A DNA stretch of 64,000 nt from Felis catus (Eukaryota): assembly GCF_018350175.1 (NCBI RefSeq), contig NC_058376.1, positions 2,046,001 to 2,110,000 of the forward strand, read 5' to 3'. The first letter of the stretch is position 1; each line of letters opens with the position of its first letter. A model generated the notes under the pieces. The model saw only the letters and a program-made list of their open reading frames with translations. It was not told the DNA's origin and did no database searches. This document shows, piece after piece, positions 61,257 to 64,000 of this stretch. The position numbers and the translations under genes were made by a program.

Positions 61257-62169
61257 CTGGAAGGCACATCCCAAACAAGATTTGGTCCACGCCTGCCTCC
61301 GTACAGCACACCCAGCCCTCCACCGAACTGGCGAGGGCACTATGGGAAGGTGGCAGTGACCCCACGGGCATCAGAGCCTGCCCTGCTTCCCTCGGTGTCA
61401 CGGGCAGTGCCCACCCATGAGACGCAATGGCCACTGGGACTGGACACGGCAGAGGCCGCTGAACCATCCTGAAGCCACAGTAGGACAAACCTGAGCCGCA
61501 GGAAGGTGGAGCGTGACCGCCTACCGAGGCTCCCCATGGCTCTTGCTCCTCCCAGAGAAAAGAAACTCCTGGAAGTCAAACATGTTCAACTACGGGGGAT
61601 GGTGGGAGCCAGGGGACCAACGGGGCCAGGAGAACTCAGTTCAGCAGCAGCTGCACCCGTCTGGGAGGGCGTCAGCAAGGCAGGGACCCACAGGGCAGAA
61701 GGCAGTTGGGGCAGACCCCCGTGTACAGCTGTCCCAGGGCAGGGGCTGGCTCACGGTGGGCACCCCACCATCACAGGGCCGAGTGGCTTGCCCCCACCTG
61801 ATACAGCAGAGCTGGGAAGAGACAAGATTCCTGTGACAGCGTGTGGGGCTCAGGTGTTGCCTGCTGGGAGGCTGCTATGGGCAGCAGGGGTGCTCATAAG
61901 AAAGCCCCCAGCAAGAGGGGCACAGAGGGGCAGGGACCCAACCTCCTCCCAGTCCACCCCTCTTATTCTGAAGGCCCGAGGCCTCCCTGACCGCCAGCCC
62001 CTGCATCTGCCTTGATTGCTGCACTTACTAAACCATACTGTGACAATGGGCATTTATGTCTGTGCCCCCCAGACTGCAACTCTCTGAGGGGGAGGCAATG
62101 CCCGTTTGCCTTGATGTTCCCCAGGCCAGCCCTGGATGTGGCATGGATGAGGGGCACAGGAAACATGAA

Positions 62170-62302
62170 ATGACGGATGGATGGGTGGATGAATGGATGA
62201 AGAGAGGGAGGGAGGGAGGGGGGAAGGAGGGAAGGAAGGAAGGAAGGAAGGTAGGAAGGAAGGATGGGAGAATGGAATGATGATGGATGGACGGATGGGT
62301 GA
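62170..62302. repeat. (GGAT)n/(GGAA)n compound microsatellite
   Basis: Direct reading of the sequence. Confidence 0.9.
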
Positions 62303-63057
62303 AGAGATGTTCAAGCACCTGAGCCCAGCTGGTCTGCAAGGTGATAGATAACTCTCAGATGTGAGGCTGCTCAGGGCTGCCTGTCTCAGGTCCAGGACTT
62401 GGAGCCCAGCAGGCGTGGCCCGACTGGTGGGGGGACCATCAGTGGGCATTGATGGGGGACGAGTGGGACGGAGGCTGTTCATCGACTGCCTGCTGCCTGT
62501 TGGCAACATCCTCTGAGCTCCCCCTCGTGCAGAAGCATCAGAACCTTGACCCAACGTTCCAACCATCTGGGGCTGGTCTGAGACGTCCACACGCTTTCTG
62601 ATGTTACTCAGCCCAGTGCTCCACCCAGACGTTCAAACGCATCTTGCTGCCTTGGGGCCCTCCCTCCCCAACAGCATCCGCGGTTAGCCTGGGAAAGCAG
62701 CCGCGGGCGTTTGGAATTCCCACAGCTTCTGGATGTGGAGTCCTGCGGCCACGGTCACCTCGGAGGACAGCTCTGAGGAGGCCAGAGCTGGGGAGGAGAG
62801 CGGCTCCCTCAGAGCAGCCCATGGTGTAGACGCCCCACAGGGCAGGGTGGTGAAGCTCAGTGGGGAAGTGTTTGGCAGAACGTTCTGGAGGGCAAAGATG
62901 GCACCTCTTCCGGTTGGGAACGATGGCCCCAACGTCCCCCAGCTCCTTCTCCTGGCCGTTTCCCCAGCGTGCTCATCCTCGAAGCCCCTGCACCAGAGCG
63001 GTGCCCCGGCCGGGCAGATCCATGACCTGGAAACAGAGGCGCTGGCCTGGAACTCAC

Positions 63058-63145
63058 CTGCTCCTCCAGGGAGGCCAGTCTCTGCTCCATGGAGCCTGAG
63101 CGCTTCAGACTTTCCATTTCCAGCAGGTCCACCATGGTGCTGACC
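63058..63145 (-). CDS. TRPM2: TRPM2 exon 23 (88 nt; coiled coil); gene continues beyond the window end
   Basis: Acceptor gttctttcag|; reads VSTMVDLLEMESLKRSGSMEQRLASLEEQ; donor |GTGAGT. Confidence 0.94.
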
Positions 63146-64000
63146 CTGAAAGAACACCCAGCTGAGCCCAGCCGGGCCGGCCCCAGGGGCCTGGATGTCG
63201 AGGATACACAATGCTAGTCTGTAGGTGCGAGTCCCTGCCTGGGACCCCTTAACTTCAGGCACCTTCCCCTGAATCTGAAAGTATTTATAACCCGCTTCTG
63301 TATAGAAGGAACACTGCCCACGGCCCCAAAGGGGAAGATCTTCCAGTAAGTGGATGCCCCCAGCTCACACAGCCACACTGCCAGCCGTGGGAGCATCGCG
63401 GGGAGTCACACAGGGATGAGCAGTCCTCCCTTCGATTTGCTGACAGGCCGCTAGACAGCCAAGTGCAAAGATCAAAGCTGCTTCTGGGCACCGATGGGCT
63501 CGGGGGATGGGCAGTGCCGCTGTTTGGGGAACGTCTGTTTGGGTTTGTCTTATTTTGCTACCACATGGGGACGTCACCCAGCTTTGGCTGCCAAGTGCAT
63601 AGGCAAGGGATCCCGCGGCCGAACGCCGCTCAGACTCTCCTGCCTGGCTGTGCCCGGCGTTTCCTACTTCTCCCCTCAAGGGCACCTTCAGAGAACGCTC
63701 GTAGTGACAAAGTCAGCAGCCCCTTCAGTGACCAGTGAGTGCTGAGCTGGGCCCGGGACCCGCTGTGAACAGTTCTCGGGGTGGGGGGGGGGAGGCAGTT
63801 TACTCCCCCCTTCACCACATGTTCCCTAATCCCACAAAAGCCACGGAACCGCTTCCTGTCGTGTTCCCCAAGTCAGCCTGCAGATATGCTGTGTGGTTAC
63901 TGGAGAGAAGGTGACGGGGTGGCTTTGGACCCCTGTGACTCAGTCCCCATGACAAGCTTGTCGGAGACCCCACCTCATCACCAACAAACTCCCACCCCCA

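Overview
Mammalian genomic DNA from a feliform carnivore, most likely a felid (many SINEC_Fc-type Can-SINEs). It is GC-rich and syntenic with human 21q22.3. Three known genes are present. (1) TSPEAR on + : the end of exon 3 through exon 12, stop at 27292-27294. (2) LRRC3 on - : complete, with a single coding exon (40497-41270, 257 aa), an inferred non-coding exon 1 and a CpG-island/GC-box promoter. (3) TRPM2 on - : the last ten coding exons (post-TRP coiled coil and NUDT9-H domain), stop at 54033-54035. Exon numbers follow my recollection of the human gene models. All exon junctions were read from the sequence and join in frame. The rest is interspersed repeat (Can-SINE, L1, L2/MIR, MLT1/MLT2, an ERV1-type solo LTR, MER53), simple repeats and two assembly gaps. 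Nearly all ORF-track entries are artefacts of GC content or simple repeats. I found no convincing novel biological system. The best second-look items are a GC-AG intron in TSPEAR, an in-frame uORF in LRRC3, a non-canonical poly(A) cassette for TSPEAR, two palindromic MER53 copies, a 35-37 bp E-box minisatellite, nested or young retroelement insertions, and an AT-to-GC drift in ancient repeats. Repeat family names come from recalled consensus similarity, not from a database search.
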